Source: Alphaproteobacteria bacterium (GTDB lineage: Bacteria > Pseudomonadota > Alphaproteobacteria > MPNO01). Taken from it: a DNA stretch of 64,000 bases. Positions 41,103 through 51,284 of the stretch are shown one piece after another. How positions within the stretch are numbered: the stretch's first letter is position 1; each line of letters begins with the position of its first letter. The position numbers and the translations under genes were made by a program. Under the pieces are notes generated by a model. The model was not told where the DNA came from. It saw only the letters and a list, made by a program, of their open reading frames with translations, and did no database searches. The stretch lies in the NCBI GenBank assembly GCA_965248835.1, contig CBDFLJ010000002.1, positions 1,600,001-1,664,000 on the forward strand. The letters run 5' to 3'.

Positions 41103-43177
41103 ATCCGGTCCCCGGTGATGACGATATTGCCGAGCGCATCGATGCGCGCGCTGTGGGATTGAAGCACGATCGTCGTGGTCTCGTCTTCGGCAATGACCGC
41201 GGGCCCGCCGATCAGAGATCCGGGCGCGAGCGCGGCGCGGTGGAATACCGGCACCGGCGTCATCGTCTCGGTCGCGATGTCGAACATCGCGCGGGTGCCC
41301 ACCGGCACGACCGTCCGATCCGGCGGCGCCGGCGGACAGGGTTCGGGCACCGGCCCAGCGGCGGCAAGCCGCAGCGTCCAGTTCATCACCTCGACCGCGA
41401 GCCCGGGAATGATCCGCGAATAGGTCGCGGCATAGACCGTCTCGAACGCCGCGATCATCGCTGCGCGGGAGTCGGCGTCGAACGGCCCTTCGGGCAGCGC
41501 GACGGACAGCTCGTGGCCCTGGCCCCGGTAGCGCATGTCGGCGGTCCGGACAGCGGTCAGGGCCGCACCGGGAGCACCCGCCGAGACGACGGCGCCGGCC
41601 TCTTGCTCCATCTCGGCGAACAGCGCGTTGGGCAGCGCGGGATCGAAGCCCTCATCAAGCGCGGCGTAGCGGCTGCGCACCACCTCGTAGGCCACGGGCG
41701 AGCGCAGGAAGCCGATGGCGGAGCCGACGCCCGCCGCACTCGGCACGAGGATCCGCCCGATGCCGAGCTTCTCGGCCAGCCGGACGGCATGGACCGGGGC
41801 CGCACCGCCGAAGGCGATCATGGTGCGCTCGGCCAGCGTCTTGCCGCGCTCGACCGCGTGCACACGCGCGGCGTTGGCCATGTTCTCGACCACGACCTCG
41901 GAGATGCCGAAAGCGCCGTCGAGTGGGGCGAGCCCGAGTGCGGCGCCCGTCGCCGCCTCGACCGCAGCCGCGGCACGTTGGGAATCCAGCTCCATCGTGC
42001 CGCCGGCGAAACCGGCGGGGTCGATCCAGCCCAGCACGACATCGCCGTCGGTCACGGTGGCCTCCGTCCCGCCGGTTGCGTAGCAGGCCGGCCCCGGCTC
42101 CGAGCCGGCGCTCTGCGGGCCGACCGCGAGCCGGCCCATCGCGTCGACCGAAGCGATCGAGCCGCCGCCGGCGCCGATCTCGACCATCTCGATCACCGGG
42201 ATGCGGAGCGGCAGCCCGCTGCCCTTGAGGAACCGGTACTGGCGGGCAACTTCGAAGCTGCGCGAAGCCTGCGGGGCACCGTCATCGATCAGGCAGATCT
42301 TGGCCGTCGTCCCGCCCATGTCAAAGGACAGCACCCGGTCGAGCCCGCAGCGCCGCGCGAGGTCGGCGGCGAGGATCGCACCGCCGGCCGGACCGGACTC
42401 GACCAGCCGGATCGGGAACCTGCGCCCCGTCTCGGGCCGGGCGAGCCCGCCGCCCGAGGTCATCAGATAGAGCGGGCAGGCGAACCCGAGCGCCTCCAGC
42501 GCCGCCTCGAGCCGGCCGATATAGCCGGCCATCAGGGGCTGGACGTAGGCGTTGGCCGCGGTTGTCGAGCAACGCTCGTACTCGCGGATCTCCGGCGAGA
42601 CTTCGCACGACAGGCTCACCGGGACGTCGGGCAGCGCGGCTTCCAGAACATCGCGCACCAGCCGCTCGTGGCTGCCGTCGACATAGGCGTGGATGAACCC
42701 CACCGCGACCGCTTCGACCGCCTCGGCGCGCAGCGTCTCCACGACCGGGCCGAGCGCGTCGGTTTCCAGCGGGATCAGCACGTTGCCGCGCGCATCGACC
42801 CGCTCGACAACCGGCAGCCGGAGGTAGCGCGGCACCAGCGGGGCCGGGCGGTCCATCTGGATGTCGTACTGCTCGAACCGGTTCTCGAAGGCCATCTCGA
42901 CGACGTCGCGAAAGCCCTCGGTCGCCAGCAGCGCCGTCTTCGCACCCTTGCGCTCGATCAGCGCGTTGGTGGCAAGGGTGGTGCCGTGGATCACCAGGTC
43001 GAAAGCGTCCGGGGCAAGCCCGGTCTCTTCCAGCGCACGCGCAATGCCGGCCAGCACGCCGTCCTCGGGCGCGCGGGAGGTGGTCAGCACCTTGGTCGTC
43101 GCCAGCCTCCCGTCATATTCGACCGCGATGTCGGTGAATGTCCCGCCGACATCGGCGGCCAGCCTCGCCCTTGTCAT
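41099..43177 (-). CDS. Hydantoinase A/oxoprolinase-family ATP-binding subunit (system 1)
   Basis: DVGGTFTD, HGTTLATNAL, ESGPAGG, DMGGTT, IGAGGGSI, FGGAAP, MRYRGQ; 4-nt overlap with the B subunit gene. Confidence 0.93.
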   Translation of the reverse strand: MTRARLAADVGGTFTDIAVEYDGRLATTKVLTTSRAPEDGVLAGIARALEETGLAPDAFDLVIHGTTLATNALIERKGAKTALLATEGFRDVVEMAFENRFEQYDIQMDRPAPLVPRYLRLPVVERVDARGNVLIPLETDALGPVVETLRAEAVEAVAVGFIHAYVDGSHERLVRDVLEAALPDVPVSLSCEVSPEIREYERCSTTAANAYVQPLMAGYIGRLEAALEALGFACPLYLMTSGGGLARPETGRRFPIRLVESGPAGGAILAADLARRCGLDRVLSFDMGGTTAKICLIDDGAPQASRSFEVARQYRFLKGSGLPLRIPVIEMVEIGAGGGSIASVDAMGRLAVGPQSAGSEPGPACYATGGTEATVTDGDVVLGWIDPAGFAGGTMELDSQRAAAAVEAATGAALGLAPLDGAFGISEVVVENMANAARVHAVERGKTLAERTMIAFGGAAPVHAVRLAEKLGIGRILVPSAAGVGSAIGFLRSPVAYEVVRSRYAALDEGFDPALPNALFAEMEQEAGAVVSAGAPGAALTAVRTADMRYRGQGHELSVALPEGPFDADSRAAMIAAFETVYAATYSRIIPGLAVEVMNWTLRLAAAGPVPEPCPPAPPDRTVVPVGTRAMFDIATETMTPVPVFHRAALAPGSLIGGPAVIAEDETTTIVLQSHSARIDALGNIVITGDRI

Positions 43178-43263
43178 ACCCGCCTTGATGTGATTGTTCG
43201 GCCGACACCGAGTTTAACCGAAATCGCGGCCCGCGTGCAGCGTCAACCCGGAGATCCCAACCG

Positions 43264-44223
43264 ATGGCCGAGTTCAGGGGCCGCATCTACGACAGTATCA
43301 TCGAGACGATGGGAGCGACCCCGCTGGTCCGGCTGAACCGGCTGCCGGGCGATACCGGCTGTCGTGCCGAGGTGCTGGCGAAGCTCGAGTTCTTCAACCC
43401 GCTGGGCTCGGTCAAGGACCGGATCGGGGTGTCGATGATCGAGGCGGCCGAGCGCGAGGGCCGCATCCGGCCGGATACGGTGATCGTCGAGCCGACATCG
43501 GGCAATACCGGGATCGGCCTCGCCTTCGCCTGCGCAGCCAAGGGCTACAGGTTGATCGTCACCATGCCCGAATCGATGTCGATCGAGCGCCGCAAGATGC
43601 TGGCGCTGTTGGGCGCGGAAATCGAGCTGACACCGGCGGCCGACCGCATGGTAGGCGCGATCGCCCGCGCCGAGGAACTGATCGCCGCGCTGCCCGATGC
43701 CTACATGCCCCAGCAGTTCGAGAATCCGGCCAACCCGCAGATCCATGTCGAGACCACGGCCGAGGAGATCTGGTGCGATACCGGCGGCCGGCTCGATGCG
43801 TTGGTGCTGGGGACCGGCACCGGCGGGACGATCACCGGCGTGGCGCGGGCGCTGAAGCCGCGCAACGCCGCGCTCAAGGTCTTCGCCTGCGAGCCCGAGG
43901 CGAGCGCGGTGATCTCCGGCGGCCCACCGGGTCCGCACGCGATCCAGGGCATGGGTCCGGGCTTCGTGCCCGACATCCTGGAGACCGGCCTGATCGACGA
44001 GGTGCTCCAGGTCTCAGACGATGAGGCCTACGACATGGCGAGGCGGCTGGCCGCGCGCGAGGGGATCCCGGGCGGCATCTCCTCGGGCGCCGCGGTGGCG
44101 TGCGCGCTGCGGGTCGGCGCGCGTCCGGAGTGGGCCGGCAGGACGATCGTCACGCTGACTCCCTCCTGCGCGGAACGTTATCTCTCGACCCCGCTGTTCG
44201 ACGGGCTGGGCGGCCAGACGTAG
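43264..44223 (+). CDS. cysK: Cysteine synthase A (O-acetylserine sulfhydrylase)
   Basis: KLEFFNPLGSVKDR, EPTSGNTGIG, QQFENPAN, GTGGT, IQGMG, GISSGA, ERYLST. Confidence 0.95.
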   Translation: MAEFRGRIYDSIIETMGATPLVRLNRLPGDTGCRAEVLAKLEFFNPLGSVKDRIGVSMIEAAEREGRIRPDTVIVEPTSGNTGIGLAFACAAKGYRLIVTMPESMSIERRKMLALLGAEIELTPAADRMVGAIARAEELIAALPDAYMPQQFENPANPQIHVETTAEEIWCDTGGRLDALVLGTGTGGTITGVARALKPRNAALKVFACEPEASAVISGGPPGPHAIQGMGPGFVPDILETGLIDEVLQVSDDEAYDMARRLAAREGIPGGISSGAAVACALRVGARPEWAGRTIVTLTPSCAERYLSTPLFDGLGGQT

Positions 44224-44292
44224 CCCCGGCGCGCGGCGCGCGCGATCACCTCCTCGCGGAAGACGAAGTCGTCGGTCCTCACGGACGGACAC

Positions 44293-45018
44293 CTACCACT
44301 GCTCCCGCCACGGCCGGAGGTCGATCTCGAAGGTCCAGCCGTCACGCGGCTGGGCGTGGATGGCGTGGAAGGTCTCGGCGATGGCGGCGGGAGACATCAG
44401 GCCGTCCGGCCCGGCATCGGCGATCTCGTCGGCGAACCTTTCGCGCACCGCGGCTGTATCGATGCGGCCGTCGACGATGATATGGGCGACATGGATACCC
44501 TGGGGCGCGAGCTCGCGCGCCATCGACTGGGCAAGCGCGCGGAGCGCGAACTTCGCGCCGGCGAACGCGGCGAAGCCCGGCCCGCCGCGCACGCTCGCGG
44601 TGGCGCCGGTAATCAGGATCGTACCCCTGCCGCGCGGCGCCATCCTGATCGCCGCCTCGCGCGCAACGAGAAACCCGGCAAACGCCGCCGTGTCCCAGAC
44701 CTGGCGGTAGATGCGCGCGGTCATCGCGGCGATCGGCGCGTTGTGCCAGGCCCCGGCGTTGAAGACCGCGACTTCGACCGGGCCGATCTCGGCCTCGATA
44801 CGGTCATAGACCGATTTGACGGCGTCCTCGTCGCGGGCATCGCAGGGGATCGGAGTCGCCTTGCCGCGATCGGCGCGGATCGAGGCCGCCAGCGCCTCGA
44901 GGGGCCCGGTTTTGCGGCGCGAGGGAACGGCGTGGAACCCGGCACGCGCGAATCGGGCGGCGATAGCACCACCCAGGGCATCGCCGGCACCGATAACGAC
45001 CGCGGCGGGCTCGGGCAT
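44293..45018 (-). CDS. Atypical SDR (catalytic Tyr replaced: FxxxK)
   Basis: GAGDALG, VFNAG, TGATAS, FAAFAGAKFALRALAQSMARE. Confidence 0.85.
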   Translation of the reverse strand: MPEPAAVVIGAGDALGGAIAARFARAGFHAVPSRRKTGPLEALAASIRADRGKATPIPCDARDEDAVKSVYDRIEAEIGPVEVAVFNAGAWHNAPIAAMTARIYRQVWDTAAFAGFLVAREAAIRMAPRGRGTILITGATASVRGGPGFAAFAGAKFALRALAQSMARELAPQGIHVAHIIVDGRIDTAAVRERFADEIADAGPDGLMSPAAIAETFHAIHAQPRDGWTFEIDLRPWREQW

Positions 45019-45032
45019 GGCTTCGGCTCCTG

Positions 45033-45551
45033 CTAGAACGGCACCGACATGAAGGCATGGGTGGCATCGCAATCGACGATGTCGACCCGCTTGAAGGCGA
45101 TGCGCAGGCCCGCTTCGGTCCGGCGCAGGCGATGGCGGGCCTCGCCTCCGAACACCCGGCGGTGCTCGTCGCGGTATTCGAGCATCACGAAGCTCGAGCG
45201 GACCGCGATCTCATCATCGGCCTGCACGCCGTCCTCGAGCGTGACATTGCCGATCACGTGGCGGGTCCGGGTCTCCGGCGCCTGGGCGTAGAAGCGCGGA
45301 TGGCGAATCTGGCGGATGCGCACGTCCATGAGCGACTTGTCCTCGTAGAACAGCGACAGCCGGTCGAGCGGGCTCTTCTGGTCGGGCTCGGCCGGGACCC
45401 AGTACATGCCGTCGTCGGCGAACAGCGCCAGCCAGTCCTCGAACCGGCGCTCGTCCAAAAGGCGGGCTTCGCGGAACAGAAACTCCTCGATCTCGCGCAG
45501 CAACAGCAGCGATTCTATGTCCTTGGCAGAGGAGAGGACAACGCCGCTCAT
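45033..45551 (-). CDS. Aromatic ring-hydroxylating oxygenase beta subunit
   Basis: FLFREARLLDERRFEDWL, YWVP, TRHVIGN, KRVD; 4-nt overlap with the alpha subunit gene. Confidence 0.9.
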   Translation of the reverse strand: MSGVVLSSAKDIESLLLLREIEEFLFREARLLDERRFEDWLALFADDGMYWVPAEPDQKSPLDRLSLFYEDKSLMDVRIRQIRHPRFYAQAPETRTRHVIGNVTLEDGVQADDEIAVRSSFVMLEYRDEHRRVFGGEARHRLRRTEAGLRIAFKRVDIVDCDATHAFMSVPF

Positions 45552-46849
45552 GCGGCCGCCATGTGGCGGCGCCAAGCGCCCAGCATGGCGCGCATCGGAA
45601 GCTCGCTGGTGCCGATATCGCGGATGCCGCGGTTGCCGTAGGCCTCTTCCTTGCCGACCCGGCGCGAGAGATCGATCCACTCCCCGCCCTGGTTGGCGAG
45701 TCCGATCTGGAGCTGCTCGAACACCGCGAGGTCGTCCGACAGCACCGGAGAGGCCGGAGAGTTCGCGGTCGAGACGAACTTGACCGCGGTGTGGAACATC
45801 TCTTCGGGTGCGCCCTTCAGCCGGAAGACATAGGAGTGCACGTCGGTCCGATCGACCGACACCGGCTGGACGATGCGGACCTGCTGGAAGCGGGTGTTGA
45901 TGGAAATGTTGGGGTAAATCAAGTTGTTGAAGGTCTCGCGGGCGAAGATCTCGTTGGTGCGCGCCTCGCCGTAGGCCTCGATCATCGCGTCCTTGTAGCG
46001 CTGGAAGACCGGGTCCTTGCGGTCGGGGTCGATCACTCCGCCGCGGTAGAACCCGTCCATGAACACGTGGCCGGCCTCGTAGCCGTGGATGCCGAGCCCG
46101 TCCCAGTCGCTGAACGAGAACCCGTTGGCGTTGAACATCTGGATTGCCTGATCGGCCTCCTCGACCGGCCCGGCAGCCGCAAGGTGATCGCGCGCAACCG
46201 CGACCGAGGACTCGTGGACGAAGTTGGGATGAACGGTGTCGACCGCATTCTCCATGTGCAGCTTCCAGTTGCCCTGGAAGGTCTGGCGCAGGCAGCCGCC
46301 GGCCAGCTCGACCTCGCCGCCGGGCGCCCGGTCGGCCATGTTGTCGAGCGCATCGGCCATGTCGCCGAGATATTCCAGCAGCGACGGCCCGGTCTCGGCG
46401 AGCGAGGCGAAGACGAAGCCGCGGTGGCTGTCGACGCGCGGCACCGCCGGCATCCCCTGCTTGGACGCGCCGTCGTAGCCGCTGGGATGGGGCACGCCGA
46501 TCAGGCTGCCGTCGGTGTCGTAGGACCAGCCGTGATAGGGGCAGACCAGCCGCTTGCCGCCGCCGCGCGGATGGACGCAGACCGTCATCGCGCGGTGAGC
46601 GCAGCGGTTCCGCAGCACCCGGACGGTCTCGTCGGAATGGCGGATCATCACTACGTCATGCGGCCCGAGCCGGGTGCGCACCCAATCGCCGGGTGTCGGG
46701 ACCTGGCTGTCGTGGCCGACGAAGATCCAGACCCGCCCGAAAATCCGCTCTATCTCGAGGGCGAACAATTCCGGGTCGGTATAGACCCGCCGATGGACCC
46801 GGTCGGGTTCGACCAGGGATTCGATGTCATTCCGGCTCAACTCGGTCAT
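45548..46849 (-). CDS. Aromatic ring-hydroxylating oxygenase alpha subunit (Rieske)
   Basis: RVHRRVYTDP, CAHR-X-CPYHGW, NWKLHMENAVDTVHPNFVH, DDLAVFE. Confidence 0.92.
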   Translation of the reverse strand: MTELSRNDIESLVEPDRVHRRVYTDPELFALEIERIFGRVWIFVGHDSQVPTPGDWVRTRLGPHDVVMIRHSDETVRVLRNRCAHRAMTVCVHPRGGGKRLVCPYHGWSYDTDGSLIGVPHPSGYDGASKQGMPAVPRVDSHRGFVFASLAETGPSLLEYLGDMADALDNMADRAPGGEVELAGGCLRQTFQGNWKLHMENAVDTVHPNFVHESSVAVARDHLAAAGPVEEADQAIQMFNANGFSFSDWDGLGIHGYEAGHVFMDGFYRGGVIDPDRKDPVFQRYKDAMIEAYGEARTNEIFARETFNNLIYPNISINTRFQQVRIVQPVSVDRTDVHSYVFRLKGAPEEMFHTAVKFVSTANSPASPVLSDDLAVFEQLQIGLANQGGEWIDLSRRVGKEEAYGNRGIRDIGTSELPMRAMLGAWRRHMAAA

Positions 46850-46958
46850 CGCAAGGCTCCAAGGCGTGGCGGCCGAGTATTGGACGGCGCGCATCGGCTG
46901 TCAAAACCGGAGCATGGTCCGTTGGATCGACTCGTCCGGACCGGGATCGACGGCGCGC

Positions 46959-47894
46959 CTAGCGGCGGCGGCGGTTGCCGAAGAAGGGGATGCCGAGCGC
47001 GGCCGGCATGCGCGCGCTGCCGGCGAGAAAGACCAGCGAGACGATGGCCAGCGCATACGGCATCACGACGAAGAACTGGTAGGGGATGTCGGGGTTCAGC
47101 GTCTGGAGGCGGATCTGGGCCGCATCGGCCATGCCGAAGAACAGCGAGGCCAGCACCACGCCGGCCGGGTTCCAGCGGCCGAAGACCACGCAGGCGATCG
47201 CGATGAAGCCGCGGCCGGAGACCATGTTCTCCACGAAGCCCGAGAGCTGGGCGATGGCGAGGAATGCTCCGCCGGCACCGGCCATCGCGCCGCCGAACAG
47301 GGTGCAACCATAGCGCAGCGCGGCGACGTCGATACCGACGGCGACCGCGGCCTCGGGATTCTCGCCGGCCGCGCGGATCTCCAGCCCGCGTTCGGTGTAT
47401 TTGAGGAACCACCAGACCGCGAGCGCCGCGACAAGCCCGAGATAGACCGGGGCGTGGTGGTGGAAGACGATCGGGCCGATCCAGGGCAGTTCGGCCAGGC
47501 CGGCGAACGACAGCCGCTCGAACTGCGGCACCGCCACCGCCGGCGAGGTGGCGCCCAGCGTGATGCGGAACCCGAACCCGGTCAGCCCGAGCCCGAGGAC
47601 GACCATTGCGATGCCCGAGACGATCTGATCGACCTTGAGAGTGATCGACATCCAGGCATGGATGGCGGAGAGCATCGTACCGGCGATGATACCGGCGACC
47701 AGCCCGCCCCACGGCGTGCCGGTGTGCACCGCGCCGAGGGCGGCGAAGAACGCGCCCATCAGCATCGAGCCCTCGATGCCGACGTTCATCACCCCGGCCC
47801 GCTGGTTGACGGTCTCGCCCAGTGCCGCGAGCAGGATGGGGGTCGCGAGCCGGACGGTGCCGGCGAGCATGCCGATCCAGAAGATCGAATCCAT
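46959..47894 (-). CDS. ABC transporter permease (nucleoside/BMP-associated type)
   Basis: TPILLAALGE, GVMNVGIEG, AAGENP, GRGFIAIA..FGRWNP, PAALG. Confidence 0.92.
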   Translation of the reverse strand: MDSIFWIGMLAGTVRLATPILLAALGETVNQRAGVMNVGIEGSMLMGAFFAALGAVHTGTPWGGLVAGIIAGTMLSAIHAWMSITLKVDQIVSGIAMVVLGLGLTGFGFRITLGATSPAVAVPQFERLSFAGLAELPWIGPIVFHHHAPVYLGLVAALAVWWFLKYTERGLEIRAAGENPEAAVAVGIDVAALRYGCTLFGGAMAGAGGAFLAIAQLSGFVENMVSGRGFIAIACVVFGRWNPAGVVLASLFFGMADAAQIRLQTLNPDIPYQFFVVMPYALAIVSLVFLAGSARMPAALGIPFFGNRRRR

Positions 47895-48928
47895 CAGCCG
47901 CGCCGCGCCGCGGCTACGCCGATGATCAGGACCGCCAGGATCACCAGCCCCTCGATCACCCAGACGATGGGAAACGGCACGGCCGATTCGCGCTGCAGCA
48001 CGCCCGAGCCGACATGGAGCACCCCGAACAGCAGCGCGGCCAACGGCACGCCGAGCGGGTTCAGCCTGGCAAGCAGGGCGACCGCGATCGCGGTGATCCC
48101 GAAGCCCGGCGCGAAATTGTCCTGCAAGCGATGGTGGATGCCGGCGATCTCGACCGCACCGGCGAGACCCGCCAGCGCGCCGCTCATTGCCATTGCGAGC
48201 AGGATCACCCGCCGGTCGTCGGTCCCGCCATAGCGCGCGGCGAAGGGGTTGATGCCCACGGCGCGGAGCTGAAAGCCGAACGCCGTGTAGCGGAGCAGGA
48301 CGAACACCACGATGGTCGCGGCGACCGCAACGAACAGCCCTTCATGCACCCGGCTCTGTGCGACCACCAGGTCGAACTGCAAGATGTCGGGAATCCGATC
48401 GCTGCGCGGCCAGATTCCGATCCCCTCCTGAAGCGGCCCGCGGACCGCCCAGCCAAGCAATTGCAGCGCGATGTAGTTGAGCATGATGGTGACGATAATC
48501 TCGTTCGCGTTCCAGCGGGCGCGCAGCCAGCCGGCGAGCCCGCCATAGGCCGCGCCGAAGGCGGCGCCGAGGCCGAGGAACCACAGGACCGCGATCCAGG
48601 CCGGACCCGGACCGACCGCCGCGGTGATCCAGAACGCCCCGACCGCACCGATCACGATCTGGCCGTCGGCACCGATGTTGAAGACATTGGCGCGGAAGGC
48701 GATCGCGATGCCGAGCCCGGCCAGCGTCAGCGGGATCGCGCGGACGACGACCTCGTTGAATCCGTTCGCGGTACCGAGTGCATGGCCGATCAAGGCCCCG
48801 TAGGCGGCAAGCGGGTCGACGCCGGCCGCCAGGATGAAGACCCCGCCGAGCGCCGCCGCAGCAATGAGGATCGCACCGCTTATCGCCGCCGTCCGCGCGA
48901 GACCGGGAAAATCGGCGGTCGGGTTCAC
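47894..48928 (-). CDS. ABC transporter permease (nucleoside/BMP-associated type)
   Basis: FNIGADGQ, NEIIVTIMLNY, AVGINPFAARYGG, SGALAGLAG; GTG start overlapping the ATPase stop. Confidence 0.9.
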   Translation of the reverse strand: MNPTADFPGLARTAAISGAILIAAAALGGVFILAAGVDPLAAYGALIGHALGTANGFNEVVVRAIPLTLAGLGIAIAFRANVFNIGADGQIVIGAVGAFWITAAVGPGPAWIAVLWFLGLGAAFGAAYGGLAGWLRARWNANEIIVTIMLNYIALQLLGWAVRGPLQEGIGIWPRSDRIPDILQFDLVVAQSRVHEGLFVAVAATIVVFVLLRYTAFGFQLRAVGINPFAARYGGTDDRRVILLAMAMSGALAGLAGAVEIAGIHHRLQDNFAPGFGITAIAVALLARLNPLGVPLAALLFGVLHVGSGVLQRESAVPFPIVWVIEGLVILAVLIIGVAAARRG

Positions 48929-50424
48929 CGCCCGGCCATCCACGCGCCGACGTCCCCGATTGAGGTCTCGCCGATCGGCACCGGGCCGCGGATCCGTCCG
49001 CCGGCGGCGACCATCACCCGGTCGGCGAGTTGCCAGATCTCGCCGAGGTCCGATGACACGAGGAGGATGCCGAGCCCGGCGGCGCTGCGTTTCAGCAGCG
49101 TGTCGTGGACGAAGGCGATCGTGCGCACATCAAGCCCGCGGGTCGGATAGGCGCTCAGCAGGACCCGGATTCCGGGCGAAAGCTCGCGCGCCAACACCAG
49201 CTTCTGCTGGTTGCCGCCGGACAGGGTGCCGATGGCGGCAGCCGGGCCGGGGGCGGCGACCGCGAATTCGGCGACCGCCTCGGTGGTCCGACGCTCGGCG
49301 ATCGCCCGGCGCAGCCACCCGAACCGGTTGAGCACCGGATCGAACAGGTGGGTCAGCAGAAAATTCTCGCTCAACGACAGGCCCGGCAGGATCGCGTGGC
49401 CGTGGCGGTCCTCGGGCACATGGCGCAGCCCGGCCGCGCGCAGGCTGCGCACCGAACGCCGGCGCGGCGCTGTCTCGCCGAGGTAGCGGACCTCGCCGGC
49501 GTCGGGCGGGCGGAGCCCCGACAGGACCTCGATAAGCTCGCGCTGGCCGTTCCCCTCGACCCCGGCCAGCGCCAGGATCTCGCCTTCGTGCAGCGCGAAG
49601 GAGACGTCCGACAGGGCCGTGCCGCCGGCCGCGCGGCCGACCCGGAGGCGTGCCGCCTCGAGGACCACCGCGCCCGGCCTGCGCGCTCCGACCCGGTCCG
49701 GGGCGGCAATGTCGCCGCCGACCATCGCGCGGACCAAATCCTCGGTGCTGCGCGCAGCGATCGGCGCGGTGTCGACCACCCTGCCCCGGCGCATCACCAT
49801 CACGCGGTCGGCGACTTCGAAGATGTCGTCGAGCTTGTGGCTGATCAGGATGACCCCGACGCGGGAGTCGGCAAGGCGGCGAATCATCGCGAACAACCCG
49901 GCGCACTCCGCACGCGCGAGCACCGCCGTCGGCTCATCGAAGATCAGATAGCGGGCGCCGCGATACAGCGCCTTGATGATCTCGACCCGTTGGCGCGAGC
50001 CGATGTCGAGGTCCGCCACCCGAGCCTCGGGGTCGACCGGCAACGCGATCTGCACGCCGATCTCGCGGATCCTTTGCGCGACGGCATCGAGCGCCAGGAT
50101 CCCGTTGCGGCGGCGGCGCTCGCCGAGCGCGATGTTCTCGGCCACGCTCAAGGTCGGCACGAGCATGAAATGCTGGTGGACCATGCCGATGCCGTGCGCG
50201 ATCGCATCCGCGCAGGACGAGAAGCGGACCTCGACGCCGTCGATCAGGATCTGCCCGCCGTCGGGGCCGATCAGCCCGGCGAGCACGTTCATCAGGGTCG
50301 ACTTGCCGGCGCCGTTCTCGCCGAGGATCCCCAGCACTTCGCCCTCGGCCAGCGTGAGGTTCACGCCGTCGTTGGCGGTGACGCCGGGATAGCGCTTGGT
50401 GACCTCGCGAAGTTCGAGCCCCAC
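48925..50424 (-). CDS. ABC transporter ATP-binding protein, double domain (nucleoside/CUT2 type)
   Basis: GENGAGKS, GIGMVHQHF, DEPTAVL, GNGQREL, LSGGNQQK, PTRGLD. The start codon is uncertain. Confidence 0.92.
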   Translation of the reverse strand: MGLELREVTKRYPGVTANDGVNLTLAEGEVLGILGENGAGKSTLMNVLAGLIGPDGGQILIDGVEVRFSSCADAIAHGIGMVHQHFMLVPTLSVAENIALGERRRRNGILALDAVAQRIREIGVQIALPVDPEARVADLDIGSRQRVEIIKALYRGARYLIFDEPTAVLARAECAGLFAMIRRLADSRVGVILISHKLDDIFEVADRVMVMRRGRVVDTAPIAARSTEDLVRAMVGGDIAAPDRVGARRPGAVVLEAARLRVGRAAGGTALSDVSFALHEGEILALAGVEGNGQRELIEVLSGLRPPDAGEVRYLGETAPRRRSVRSLRAAGLRHVPEDRHGHAILPGLSLSENFLLTHLFDPVLNRFGWLRRAIAERRTTEAVAEFAVAAPGPAAAIGTLSGGNQQKLVLARELSPGIRVLLSAYPTRGLDVRTIAFVHDTLLKRSAAGLGILLVSSDLGEIWQLADRVMVAAGGRIRGPVPIGETSIGDVGAWMAGR

Positions 50425-50441
50425 GGCCGGTTCGGCAGGGC

Positions 50442-51134
50442 TCAGTTGGGCCTGTTGCGCAGCACCGCCAGCACCTCGGCAGCGTTCATCACGTCGCCGA
50501 ACTGCTGGATGAAGGTCTCCAGCGTCGCCAGATGCTCGCCGTCGGAAAGCGCGGCCAGGCAGTCGGCGACCATGACGACCTTGAAGTCGAGCATCATCGC
50601 ATCGCGCGCCGTGGATTCGCAGCACACGTTGGTCTTGGTGCCGCCGACCAGCACATTCTCGATCCCGTAGCCGCGCAGCATGCGCTCCAGAGAAGACGCG
50701 CCGGGGATCAGCGCGCTGTAGCGGTTCTTGATGACCTGCAAGTCGGACGGATCGACTTCCAGGCTGTCGTAGATCCGCTGGCCCTGCTTGCCCGGCGCGA
50801 GGCTCTCGATGGTCCGTTGGCGGACCTCGTCGGCAACGAAGACGTTGAAAAAATTGTCCCAGTCGCTGCGGTCGCCGTCGCCGGTATTGGCGTGGGTGAC
50901 CCAGATGATCTTGACGCCCAGCTTGCGCAGTTCAGCGTTGAAGACGTTGATCTCCCGGCAGATGTCGCGCGAGGCCGGCACCTCGGCCGGCGAGCCCGGC
51001 TGGCAGAACGTGTTCTGCATGTCGACAATCACAAAGGCGGTCTTCGCCGGATCGAGCGAATCGAACAGGTGAAACCGCTGCCTGCGCGCCAGAACCCGAT
51101 CGACGATCTCCTGGCCGATCTCAACATCATGCAT
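50442..51134 (-). CDS. Isochorismatase-family cysteine hydrolase #2
   Basis: IVDMQN, KNRYSA, GTKTNVCCESTARDA. Confidence 0.9.
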   Translation of the reverse strand: MHDVEIGQEIVDRVLARRQRFHLFDSLDPAKTAFVIVDMQNTFCQPGSPAEVPASRDICREINVFNAELRKLGVKIIWVTHANTGDGDRSDWDNFFNVFVADEVRQRTIESLAPGKQGQRIYDSLEVDPSDLQVIKNRYSALIPGASSLERMLRGYGIENVLVGGTKTNVCCESTARDAMMLDFKVVMVADCLAALSDGEHLATLETFIQQFGDVMNAAEVLAVLRNRPN

Positions 51135-51161
51135 CGCACATCCCCCGTACCGTCATCGGCC

Positions 51162-51193
51162 ACAGGATGGGAGCATCGGCGGGGAGGGTCAAG
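51162..51193 (-). promoter_or_regulatory. Promoter-like motif CTTGACCC-N14-CCCATCCTGT (copy 1)
   Basis: TTGACC-N17-CATCCT upstream of the 51134 operon; identical boxes and spacing at 57221-57252. Confidence 0.55.
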
Positions 51194-51284
51194 AATGACA
51201 AGCCGCTGTCGGGGGTGGCGGCAACGCGCCCGCGCGGTGATAGACTTGCCGGCCTTGGCCGAGCAGCGGGAGAGAGGCCGCACC

